Shown: positions 19,736 to 28,484 of the stretch, piece by piece
How the letters are laid out: each line of letters begins with the position of its first letter
How positions within the stretch are numbered: the stretch's first letter is position 1
IMG/VR virus record: IMGVR_UViG_3300023081_000006
Origin: an uncultured virus (IMG/VR IMGVR_UViG_3300023081_000006)
Taxonomy: Duplodnaviria > Heunggongvirae > Uroviricota > Caudoviricetes
Length of the DNA stretch: 60,533 nucleotides
Strand: one strand, 5' to 3'
Program-made: the position numbers and the translations under genes
The notes under the pieces: model-generated
Told to the model about the DNA's origin: nothing
Seen by the model: the letters and a program-made list of their open reading frames with translations, nothing else
Databases searched by the model: none

Positions 19736-21402
19736 TAGTTAATATCCACCCTACTTGATCCATCAATGTCAACATTAGCACCTTTAAGTTTCCATGTATT
19801 CGTAACAGTTGAATCTATGCTCTTTGCAGTTTCTTTAATGTCTGTAGCCACCTTAACAATTTGATTTGCTTTTGTTTCTAATGTCATTGTTTGTTTTGAT
19901 TTTATTGTAGACGTTTTACCTGCTCCCATACTGTACAACCCAGCAACACCCAAATTATAATCACCACCTACAAGAGTTGTATAATTGCTCCCTACAGTTA
20001 CCTTCATATCTGATAAATGCTTTTCACTAACTTTTCCTGAAACAGTTGTCCTTTTATCTTGTCCTACAGAATGTGTTTGATTGCCTACGATTGTTTCTGT
20101 GTCGTCTCCTGTTACACGACAACCACGTTGACCGTTTATCTGTGTGTTTTGGCTAGACAATACCTCTAACAAATCATTTCCGCCAACTTTTGTTACGCGG
20201 TTGCCTTTAATAGAATTAAATTGATTACCATCTACTTCTGTATACATATCACCTTGAACATACAATGAGGCATCTCCTGCAACATGTATATCACAGCTTC
20301 CACGTATCTCAACACGCTTGTCTTTTAATGTTATATCATAACCGTCACCAACAACCTTTGTTATCTTAGTACCGTCAGCCTGTATTTCTTCAAATGTTCC
20401 GGAGTTGTGGTAGTTACTTATTCTTCCATTGCCAGGAGTATCATCTACTTCAAAACAATGTCCTGTTTCTGTTTCCCAAACCTTATTAAAAGGATACATG
20501 GAAGTTTTGCCGTCTTGAATTAAATCACTTTCCGGTTTTGTGCCTATAGGAACATAACCTTCCCACTCTGTAGTAACTTCATTATTTTCTACGTATCCTA
20601 ACCCATCTTCACTTGGACCCATGTCACTAAATCTATGAGCAGGTTCTTGCCAAGTTCCTCTATCGTATCTTGTATTAGGCAATTTCTCAAATATGGAAGA
20701 TACATTAGGAGCTGTTGCTCTAGGTATATCAATTAACCTTGTATCTCTTTTATTAATATTTACAAAGTGATGTTCTGCATCGGCACCTCTTGCCAATCTA
20801 GAACTATCGGGTTCTTTTAAGTAGTTAAATCCTGTGCCCTTTCCATCTCTAGGAAATATTCCTCTAGGATCAACAAACCCTTGATAATCCAGAGCAATAC
20901 CTGTAGTAGATGACAAATCCTCTATCTGCTTTTTTAATAAATCCCTTTTTTCTTCTAAAGCATCCCGTTGTAAGTCGTTTATATCTTCTGCCAGAGCTGT
21001 TTCTACTGATGCTAATTGTCTTTGTAATTCTGCTAGAGCCTCTTGTCTATATTCCTTCCATTTCTCATTAGATTCCTCATCTAATAGTGTTGGGCCTACC
21101 TGTGGCAAACTTGTAAACGAACCAAATATAATTGGCTGCTGTCCATCTTCTCCATCAGCAAAGAAACCAATTACTGAAGATCCTTCTACCAAAGCGCTTG
21201 ACTGCCCTACGCCTGAGATACTAGCAGATGTTACAGGCATAACAGGAACTGCCCATGGCAATTCATTTGTTGGTAGTATTGCTTTATTACCCGTATGGTA
21301 ACCTAATATTCTTACTCTATATCTTCCTAAAAATTCTGGATCAGCTCTATCCTCAACAATTCCTATCCACCAAAAGAACTTTGGCACTGACATATTACTC
21401 AT
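19735..21402 (-). CDS. gp5: Baseplate hub spike gp5 (no lysozyme domain)
   Basis: WWIGIVEDRADP..LGR.RVR..GYH OB-fold, LPWA, YPFNKV.ETETGH..EVDDTPG, C-terminal beta-helix repeats. Confidence 0.92.
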   Translation of the reverse strand: MSNMSVPKFFWWIGIVEDRADPEFLGRYRVRILGYHTGNKAILPTNELPWAVPVMPVTSASISGVGQSSALVEGSSVIGFFADGEDGQQPIIFGSFTSLPQVGPTLLDEESNEKWKEYRQEALAELQRQLASVETALAEDINDLQRDALEEKRDLLKKQIEDLSSTTGIALDYQGFVDPRGIFPRDGKGTGFNYLKEPDSSRLARGADAEHHFVNINKRDTRLIDIPRATAPNVSSIFEKLPNTRYDRGTWQEPAHRFSDMGPSEDGLGYVENNEVTTEWEGYVPIGTKPESDLIQDGKTSMYPFNKVWETETGHCFEVDDTPGNGRISNYHNSGTFEEIQADGTKITKVVGDGYDITLKDKRVEIRGSCDIHVAGDASLYVQGDMYTEVDGNQFNSIKGNRVTKVGGNDLLEVLSSQNTQINGQRGCRVTGDDTETIVGNQTHSVGQDKRTTVSGKVSEKHLSDMKVTVGSNYTTLVGGDYNLGVAGLYSMGAGKTSTIKSKQTMTLETKANQIVKVATDIKETAKSIDSTVTNTWKLKGANVDIDGSSRVDIN

Positions 21403-21403
21403 A

Positions 21404-22795
21404 TTATATCTCCTCTCCCAACGATTTACCTACGCCGTTTTTAACAATCTCTAAAGTCATTGAATGTTTTGTAACATCAAACTTATGATGTATGGCTGTG
21501 ATTAAATAAGGACCTGACAATATAGGATCAAAAGCATTATCAGGATCCACATCAAACTCCTCTTCTTTTGCTTTGGGTGTTGGGAATAACAAATTAATAA
21601 CCCTTCCAACTTCTATATCTGTTCTTCCAGGAACATCCATTCTAAATTTAAATTGATTAAACGAATTTGAATAAGATGTTCTAAAAGAAACGTTTCCTAT
21701 ATAATCTTCTTGTAAACTATAGTCGTCAAATAAATGAGAATTTAATGAAACAAAAGAAACATTAGAGTAAGGTGTTCTATCAACATAAGCGGGAATAGCT
21801 ATACCTGCATCTGTTCTAATCATCTTTTTCATTTGCTCTCTAAAATCAAAATTACTTTCAAATTGTTCTCTTGTTGTAAAATTGTAAGCCCTAACACCAT
21901 TCGCATAAAATCCAGAATCCTGTCCTTCCAATATGTCCATTGTTTTAGGAATCGTAATATCTTCAATTTTTGTGAATTCTGGAGGAAGGCTAACAGAATT
22001 GTAAACATAACTTCCTTGTCGTCTTACGAGATTAATACCCACGGGCTCATATACATATTCATCAAATAGCCCTTGTTTTAATTGCATAGCAATCAACCAT
22101 TCTAAAGTACAAAAATAAAAAAACTTATTCGACTCAAAAAATTGAAAGTCTGTAGAATTTAGTGTTGCTCCTTTAGCATATTTAGAAATAAAGTTTATAT
22201 TTCTAAAGGGAGTCCAAAAATTTGAAACATATCTAACATTAGAAATATGATCTGTATCACCAATAACAAGTCCCGTGGTGCCTACTTCTCTAGGCTCAAA
22301 AACGTTATCAGATACTTCTGTATTTTCTATTAATCTTGGAGTTTGTAAATACTCTGTATATATTTTGTCTACGATGTCAGAAGTTACACCTTTAAATGAT
22401 TTAGAAATTGGAGAACATTGATCTACCAATCCCTCTCTAGACATAAAACAAAGTCTATAGTCTTGTTGTCTATCAGTAGCTAATACCCTATCTTCAATCG
22501 CATATAATTGAAAAGTTTTTTGTATTATTTGTGTTGGATTGTCTTCAAACGTGGGTGTTCTAAGTTTTAATGTAAGCAACTCGTTACCTAATATTGGAAA
22601 CTCAGTTATAACATTCAAACCGTCAGATATGATAACATTACCAAACATAACAGGAGAAAATACATCTTCAAATAGATTTATTTCTGCAGTGAAGTTTTTT
22701 AGATTTAAACTATCGCCAGAAATCAAATTAGTTAGAAATATTTCTTCTAATCTATAATCACCGGCCTTTAGTATTCTTTCTTCATCTATTGACAT
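21404..22795 (-). CDS. Baseplate hub protein (gp27/gpD-like)
   Basis: VPGRTDIEVGRVINL and SGPYLITAIHHKF motifs; between gp53 and gp5. Confidence 0.7.
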   Translation of the reverse strand: MSIDEERILKAGDYRLEEIFLTNLISGDSLNLKNFTAEINLFEDVFSPVMFGNVIISDGLNVITEFPILGNELLTLKLRTPTFEDNPTQIIQKTFQLYAIEDRVLATDRQQDYRLCFMSREGLVDQCSPISKSFKGVTSDIVDKIYTEYLQTPRLIENTEVSDNVFEPREVGTTGLVIGDTDHISNVRYVSNFWTPFRNINFISKYAKGATLNSTDFQFFESNKFFYFCTLEWLIAMQLKQGLFDEYVYEPVGINLVRRQGSYVYNSVSLPPEFTKIEDITIPKTMDILEGQDSGFYANGVRAYNFTTREQFESNFDFREQMKKMIRTDAGIAIPAYVDRTPYSNVSFVSLNSHLFDDYSLQEDYIGNVSFRTSYSNSFNQFKFRMDVPGRTDIEVGRVINLLFPTPKAKEEEFDVDPDNAFDPILSGPYLITAIHHKFDVTKHSMTLEIVKNGVGKSLGEEI

Positions 22796-22801
22796 AATAT
22801 T

Positions 22802-23311
22802 TTACTTTTGAATTAATGACTTATATTGTGATACAAATTCTCTTAGATAATCTTTCTTTAATAAAAATATTTGTCTCTTTTTGTCATTTAGTTCTTCTTC
22901 ATATTGATAGTTTGTTACATCTAAAATTTCACCGGTTGCATATTGTCCTGGATCGTAATCAACAATAATTTCTTCTTCACCTCGAAGTTTGTAATGGTGT
23001 ACATCTGTTGCGTTTCCTGTACCGTATTTGCTCTCACAAAATTCAAACAAATCATTGCTATGTATGGGCCATTCTTCTGTGACATTTACAATATCATTAT
23101 ACAATAATATTACCCAGTGATATTTACTAGAGCCGTAATAATTGTGTGCAATATGCTCAGGCTTCTCTCCGTCTTGTACAAAATAAGCAAAGGAAAAGGC
23201 TCTATTCTTTTTGCCTAAAGGAAAGACTCCCACTCTTCTGTGTATATCTGTTACATAAAAATTTTCATCACCAAATGGATAAACAATTTTTGGAACGGAT
23301 TTAAAATACAT
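22802..23311 (-). CDS. gp53: Baseplate wedge subunit gp53
   Basis: MYF...P, DGEKPEHIAHNYYG...HWVILL.N, YEEELND.KR.I. Confidence 0.92.
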   Translation of the reverse strand: MYFKSVPKIVYPFGDENFYVTDIHRRVGVFPLGKKNRAFSFAYFVQDGEKPEHIAHNYYGSSKYHWVILLYNDIVNVTEEWPIHSNDLFEFCESKYGTGNATDVHHYKLRGEEEIIVDYDPGQYATGEILDVTNYQYEEELNDKKRQIFLLKKDYLREFVSQYKSLIQK

Positions 23312-24423
23312 TATAATCCTCCTTGTTTGATTCTATCTGCGGTTAGTGTTTCTAGTTCTGTGAAGGATAAATTCATTTGAATATCATTAGGAGCACCTTG
23401 TGTTCCTTGTATTGTATTAAATGTTCCGTCAGGTGAACCATATGTTACTTGCATATCTGTTAAAACACATGAGGATATTTTAGAAACATATTGGTTTTCC
23501 TCATTCATATAACGATATTCAATGTTAAACTCAGAAGGATAAATTAAAAAGAACCCATTACTTCCTTTGTCTGGGTGCATGTGGTATTTAAACAATTTAA
23601 TAATATTCATAACATTATTAAACTCTGAAGGATTCTTTGGCATAAATCTATATTCAAACCCAAATTTTCTAAATCCCATAGACTTAAATAATTGTTCTTT
23701 GTATGGGTTAGATACTTTCTTTGAGGTTGCCTCTATTGCAGCACCGATATTTTCTTGCCCCAAACCTAGTTCTTTAGGAACATTAGCTGCCGCACCAATA
23801 ACACCCCTAGCTAAGTATTCTGCTCCACCTAGAATATCAGATAAACTAGCTCTACCACTTGCTAATAAACCCACTGCTGCACCTAAACTTTCTTCGTTCC
23901 AGTTTGCCGTATATTTTGCTGAAGGTGCAGATTGAACATGTAATTGTATAACCGATAAAAGACGTAAAGTTGTGCTTGTGTTTACAAGTGATCCTGTTAC
24001 AGCACCCGCTGCAAAAGCTGTGCCTGCAGCTAATAAAGGAACAGCCAAGGCGGAAGCATTGTCGCCTGTTAATTTACTTCCTGCTGCAACAGTTGCACCT
24101 AATGCAGCTACGGCTGCTGCCCCACCTAAAACGGTGTCTGCTTGTTCTGATTTTGCTCTGTTTTCTGCAGAGTATTGATCCTCTAAATCTGACTGTGCAG
24201 CTCTCCAATCTGCTGCTGTTCCGGCACCATTGGCATCAAATGCTGCGGATCCGGCTGCTGACGTAGATCTAGCATTAATATAAAATATAACACTATGCGG
24301 TTGTCTTGTAGTGTTAAGTTCACTAGGATAGCTGTAGACATCTAAACTTGTAGAAGGTTCAAAGACTTGATTGTCAGAGTTTATTACTAACTCCTCTGAA
24401 TTGTCGTTGAAGATAATTGCCAT
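23311..24423 (-). CDS. gp48: Baseplate tail-tube cap gp48
   Basis: NPYKEQLFKSMGFRKF.F.Y.F.PKN..E, FKYHMHP, YPSEF, CVLTD..V.Y, LSFTELE. Confidence 0.88.
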   Translation of the reverse strand: MAIIFNDNSEELVINSDNQVFEPSTSLDVYSYPSELNTTRQPHSVIFYINARSTSAAGSAAFDANGAGTAADWRAAQSDLEDQYSAENRAKSEQADTVLGGAAAVAALGATVAAGSKLTGDNASALAVPLLAAGTAFAAGAVTGSLVNTSTTLRLLSVIQLHVQSAPSAKYTANWNEESLGAAVGLLASGRASLSDILGGAEYLARGVIGAAANVPKELGLGQENIGAAIEATSKKVSNPYKEQLFKSMGFRKFGFEYRFMPKNPSEFNNVMNIIKLFKYHMHPDKGSNGFFLIYPSEFNIEYRYMNEENQYVSKISSCVLTDMQVTYGSPDGTFNTIQGTQGAPNDIQMNLSFTELETLTADRIKQGGL

Positions 24424-24461
24424 ATAAATAGTCCCAGTTATTAGCGTTTAACTTATTTATA
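24423..24461. promoter_or_regulatory. Pair of opposed T4 late promoters
   Basis: TATAAATA on + at 24423-24430 and on - at 24454-24461, between divergent operons. Confidence 0.8.
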
Positions 24462-24474
24462 AGGATTATTTGAC

Positions 24475-26079
24475 ATGAAAAGAATTGACCGTGAAATAAT
24501 TATTCGGTCTATAGACTACGATGGATATGACTATGATCAGCTATGCTCTTTAGTAGATAGATGGAAATATATCCTAGTTTCAAAAGGATTACAGCGAGGA
24601 GATAAGATTGCAATCTCCATTGTGCTTGTCAATCCGAATCAAATTGCACTTACAGTAGCAGCCGGAGAACTAGGTCTGCAATTATTTATTATTGATTACC
24701 CAATCGCCTACGAAACATTAAGCAAAACAAAACTAGGTTTATTTGGGCCGGTTGATCTGTCTATAGAGTGTGATCACCTAGCTAGCAAACCACTACATAA
24801 AATAATGATAGCCAATTATTCTAAACAGGTTATTCCAGAAAGCACAATAGAGAATAGTTTTAATACTTGTCACGAATTTTGGGGACAGGAAGATGATCCA
24901 TTTCTAATTGCATCTACAAGTGGCACAACAAAAGAATCTACACCCATAGTTTTCACACAAAAACAAATATATGATCTGTCTAAAAGAAATATAAAAATAT
25001 TTAAATTTTTTAAAGACACACGAGTAGGGCATACAAAAAATATGCACCACGCTAGTAGCATAATAACAGATCTTATTCCATCTCTAATGGCATCAGATTT
25101 TCATAGATCTTGTTTGTTCTCTATGCTAGATGACGAATCTCTAGAGAGAGATGTTGTTCCCATTATTAGAAAATATAAACTTGAAAGAATATTAATGTAT
25201 AATACATATACTCTTCAACAATTCTTACAAGCATTGGGTAAAGGTAACGACTGGACTATTTTGGTAAACATGAGCGGATTTACGGTACCTGAAAACTTTA
25301 TTAAGATATGTAAAGAGTATAATGTAGAGTTCCTATCTCATTATGGATCAATAGACACAGCAATTCCTTTGCTTGTAAACCATGTAACAGAAGATACAAA
25401 ACACATTCCAAACAGTCTAGGCATTTTACCAGATGATTTTAATAAAGTAACAAAAGTAGAAGAAGGGTATCTTATAAAATCACCGGTGTGGGAAGATGAG
25501 AGATTAATGCAGGATAAACTAGAGGAAAAGAATGGAGTTTGGATACACCATGGTAGATTACAAGAAGACGTATTATTAAATAAAGTATCTGCACAATTAG
25601 GCTCTGTAGACTTTACCATTGTTGTTGATAATGATAAACGCTATTTGGCATTGTGGGATGATGTAGATTGTCCTGAGTATTTAACACTATTATTTGATCA
25701 AATAAAGAAACTTCATAAACCAATGTTTATGCCTGAAACAAAAGTTAATATGGATCAACTAAGAGGGTTTTTTCAGTCCTGTAAAATAGACAATAGAGAG
25801 ATATTTAATATATGTATTAAGCACAATCCACTAGTGCCTGGAAAAATATCAAAAGAAATACAAGAGTACATGCACGAGTTATTAAATAAAGGTTATAGGA
25901 ATTATGATATAGATAGATATCATAAACTTCATGATGACTATAGCAAAATTTTTATTATATCACATAATAAGGATGTTTTAATAGACTTTATAGAAAATGA
26001 AAAAGATTTTTATAATGTTTATTTTCAATTGAAAAAAGAAAATTACAACCCTAAGGTTCTATATAATCATGCCCTATAG
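24475..26079 (+). CDS. Divergent adenylate-forming (ANL/AMP-binding) enzyme-like protein
   Basis: GLQRGDKIAI, STSGTT P-loop, SHYGSID (YGxTE-like), D...NG...HGR hinge; extra C-terminal region of about 100 aa. Confidence 0.65.
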   Translation: MKRIDREIIIRSIDYDGYDYDQLCSLVDRWKYILVSKGLQRGDKIAISIVLVNPNQIALTVAAGELGLQLFIIDYPIAYETLSKTKLGLFGPVDLSIECDHLASKPLHKIMIANYSKQVIPESTIENSFNTCHEFWGQEDDPFLIASTSGTTKESTPIVFTQKQIYDLSKRNIKIFKFFKDTRVGHTKNMHHASSIITDLIPSLMASDFHRSCLFSMLDDESLERDVVPIIRKYKLERILMYNTYTLQQFLQALGKGNDWTILVNMSGFTVPENFIKICKEYNVEFLSHYGSIDTAIPLLVNHVTEDTKHIPNSLGILPDDFNKVTKVEEGYLIKSPVWEDERLMQDKLEEKNGVWIHHGRLQEDVLLNKVSAQLGSVDFTIVVDNDKRYLALWDDVDCPEYLTLLFDQIKKLHKPMFMPETKVNMDQLRGFFQSCKIDNREIFNICIKHNPLVPGKISKEIQEYMHELLNKGYRNYDIDRYHKLHDDYSKIFIISHNKDVLIDFIENEKDFYNVYFQLKKENYNPKVLYNHAL

Positions 26080-26509
26080 TAAAAGAGTATATACAGGATT
26101 ATTTAGACCTAAAAACCCTTCCAAATATAAAGGGGATTGTACTAATATAATATATCGATCTAGTTATGAATTAAAGTTTATGAATTGGTGTGATCTTAAT
26201 AATGAAATATTAGAGTGGGGATCTGAGGAAATATCCATACCATATAGATCACCTTTAGACAAAAAAATTCATAGATATTTCCCAGACTTTTATATAAAAA
26301 TAGGTGATAAGAGATATCTTGTTGAAATAAAACCCTATAGGTTTACCCAAGAGCCCATTGTTCCTAAAAGAAAAACACAAAGATTTATTAATGAAGTTAT
26401 GCAGTGGGGTGTAAATACAGCCAAATGGAAATGTGCAGAAGAATTTTGTTTAGACAGAGGCTGGGAATTTATGCTTATTACTGAAAAAGAACTCGGGCTT
26501 TCATTATAA
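26069..26509 (+). CDS. gp4: Head completion nuclease gp4
   Basis: F.PKNP.KYKGD, YRSSYE, WGSEEI.IPY, RYFPDF, EIKP, AKW..A, ITEKEL. Confidence 0.92.
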   Translation: MPYSKRVYTGLFRPKNPSKYKGDCTNIIYRSSYELKFMNWCDLNNEILEWGSEEISIPYRSPLDKKIHRYFPDFYIKIGDKRYLVEIKPYRFTQEPIVPKRKTQRFINEVMQWGVNTAKWKCAEEFCLDRGWEFMLITEKELGLSL

Positions 26510-26512
26510 ATA
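26505..26512 (+). promoter_or_regulatory. T4-type late promoter TATAAATA
   Basis: Exact motif 5 nt upstream of the gp2 ATG. Confidence 0.8.
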
Positions 26513-26517
26513 CTCGT

Positions 26518-27072
26518 ATGGCGAAACCATTCGAGAACATACGAACGTCTGCAGGAGAGCAAGAACGTTCCTTTAATTGGTATATGTCAGCCGTAAGAAG
26601 GCTGGCAGGAAATATCACAAACGCCTCATCAACGATGAAAAGTGATATTGGTGAGTTAAAGGGATCTCTATCTGTAGGAAGTCTTTACATGTTTTTATAT
26701 GATCCTAAAACAAAACAGGATCTTCCTTATTATGATCAGTTTCCATTATGTATACCTTTTGAAAATGCTCAAGGTGGTTGGTATGGATTAAACTTACACT
26801 ACCTTCCTCCAATGTTAAGAGCTCAACTATTTGGAAAACTTTTAGACTTTCAATCTGAGGATAAGCTAGATTTGTCCTGGAATATGTTACAAAATGTCAG
26901 CAGGTTTCCGGGCGTGAAACCGACTGTAAAAAGGTATCTAGTTTCTCAAGTGAAATCTAGGTTTCTTAAAGTTAATCCTGAGCACTGGAAGGCATCTATA
27001 TTTTTGCCAGTACAAAATTTCCAAGGTGCATCAGCAAACAAAGTCTGGAGAGACAGTAGGGAAATGCTATAA
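26518..27072 (+). CDS. gp2: DNA end protector gp2
   Basis: YDPKTK..LPYYDQFPL, GLNLHYLPP, KRYL, LPVQNF, VWRDSR. Confidence 0.93.
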   Translation: MAKPFENIRTSAGEQERSFNWYMSAVRRLAGNITNASSTMKSDIGELKGSLSVGSLYMFLYDPKTKQDLPYYDQFPLCIPFENAQGGWYGLNLHYLPPMLRAQLFGKLLDFQSEDKLDLSWNMLQNVSRFPGVKPTVKRYLVSQVKSRFLKVNPEHWKASIFLPVQNFQGASANKVWRDSREML

Positions 27073-27605
27073 TGGCAATGTTTAAATATCAAGATTTTTT
27101 AGCTAATGTAAGAGGGCAATTTCTTCCTCGAAGCGATAGGTTCGAAGTTATGGTTACGTTTCCTAGCGTATTAAACCTACCTGAGGAAGTTAAAAGACAA
27201 ACAACACTATTCTGTGAAGAGGCTCAAATACCAGGACTTTCAGGAGTCAACGTTCCTTTAAGAATAGGTAACTGGACAGAATACAGAAATACTAACGTAG
27301 AATTTTTAGGTGCAGAAAGTGTTTTTACATTTGTCTGCGATCAAGGTTGGAAGATTAGAGAAGCCTTTGAAAGCTGGGTATATGCCACAGCAGATCCGGT
27401 TTCAAAGGAAACAGGCTGGCAGGAGTCAGTACAAGGATCATTTGAAGTTTTTTCATTAGACGTAAAGGATGAAGTTATTGCATCCTGGAGATTTTATGAG
27501 TCAGTACCAAAATTGGTTAACTTGGTTCCTGTATCATCGGGTAACCCCTCAGTAATTAGGCTGTCAGTTTCAGTGGCATCTAATTATTGGGAAAGAACAA
27601 AATAG
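27072..27605 (+). CDS. gp54: Tail-tube initiator gp54 (gp19-fold)
   Basis: RSDRFEV, CEEAQIPG, FESW, YE..PK motifs; between gp2 and gp26. Confidence 0.7.
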   Translation: MAMFKYQDFLANVRGQFLPRSDRFEVMVTFPSVLNLPEEVKRQTTLFCEEAQIPGLSGVNVPLRIGNWTEYRNTNVEFLGAESVFTFVCDQGWKIREAFESWVYATADPVSKETGWQESVQGSFEVFSLDVKDEVIASWRFYESVPKLVNLVPVSSGNPSVIRLSVSVASNYWERTK

Positions 27606-27614
27606 GAGTAAATT

Positions 27615-28307
27615 ATGGCTTTACCGGTAATAGACACACCGACATTTGAATTGGAAATTCCTTCTTCTAAGAAAACCCTTACATTTAGGCCTTTCTTAGT
27701 AAAAGAGGAAAAACTTCTAACGCTTGCAAGTGAGACAAACGAAATGCCTGAGATGGTAAACGCTTGTCAACAAATTGTATCTAATTGTAGCTTTGGAAAA
27801 TTAGATGCAAAAGAACTTGCAATGTATGACTTACAATGGCTGTTCTTACAGTTAAGAGCAAAGTCAGTTAGTGATAAACAAGCTTTCACATTAATTTGTG
27901 GACATTGTAAATCTAACTTGCCATGGGAAGTTGACTTAAATGATTTTAAAATTGTGGGCTTGGATGAAGCAACAAATAATAAAATTGAAATAAGTGAAAC
28001 AATGGGTCTTGTATTAAAGCACCCCTCATCTACAATTATGGCTAAGGCAGATAGTTTGGACGATGCTGATCTTATTACAGAGTCAATTGATTACATATAC
28101 AATGAAGAAGAAGTTTTTAGTCCAAAAGAACAAACAAAAGAAGAGTTGAAGGATTTTATTGAAAGTATGCCTATAACATCTATTTTACAAATTAAAGAGT
28201 TTTTTGAGAAAACACCTATTGTAGAAAATGTTATTGAGTTTACTTGCCCAAAGTGTGAGGGCAAAAATGTTGTTTCCGTTAATGGGTACGAACATTTTTT
28301 CGATTAA
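27615..28307 (+). CDS. gp26: Baseplate hub assembly protein gp26
   Basis: MALP.I..P.FEL.IPS, FRPFLVKEEK, LRAKSV, two CxxC motifs, C-terminal FF. Confidence 0.9.
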   Translation: MALPVIDTPTFELEIPSSKKTLTFRPFLVKEEKLLTLASETNEMPEMVNACQQIVSNCSFGKLDAKELAMYDLQWLFLQLRAKSVSDKQAFTLICGHCKSNLPWEVDLNDFKIVGLDEATNNKIEISETMGLVLKHPSSTIMAKADSLDDADLITESIDYIYNEEEVFSPKEQTKEELKDFIESMPITSILQIKEFFEKTPIVENVIEFTCPKCEGKNVVSVNGYEHFFD

Positions 28308-28480
28308 CTCTTTCTCAGGATTCGTTAGAGAATTATTATAAAACGAATTTTTTATTGATGCAAGAACATCATTATAGTTTAACAGAGTTAGAAAATATGA
28401 TGCCCTGGGAAAGAGAAGTTTATATTGCTATGTTAATAACTCATTTAAAAAAGAAGGCTGATAAAAAGCAACAAGGTTAA
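28283..28480 (+). CDS. gp51: gp51-like hub assembly protein (not in ORF track), in the -1 frame of gp26
   Basis: Manual translation LSQDSLENYYKTNFLLMQEHHYSLTELENMMPWEREVYIAML...; frame open from 28283, first ATG only at 28358. Confidence 0.8.
   Translation, partial: WVRTFFRLTLSQDSLENYYKTNFLLMQEHHYSLTELENMMPWEREVYIAMLITHLKKKADKKQQG
28295..28301 (+). promoter_or_regulatory. Candidate -1 ribosomal frameshift heptamer T TTT TTC
   Basis: X XXY YYZ pattern in the gp26 frame; the -1 frame continues into gp51. Confidence 0.6.
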
Positions 28481-28484
28481 ATAA

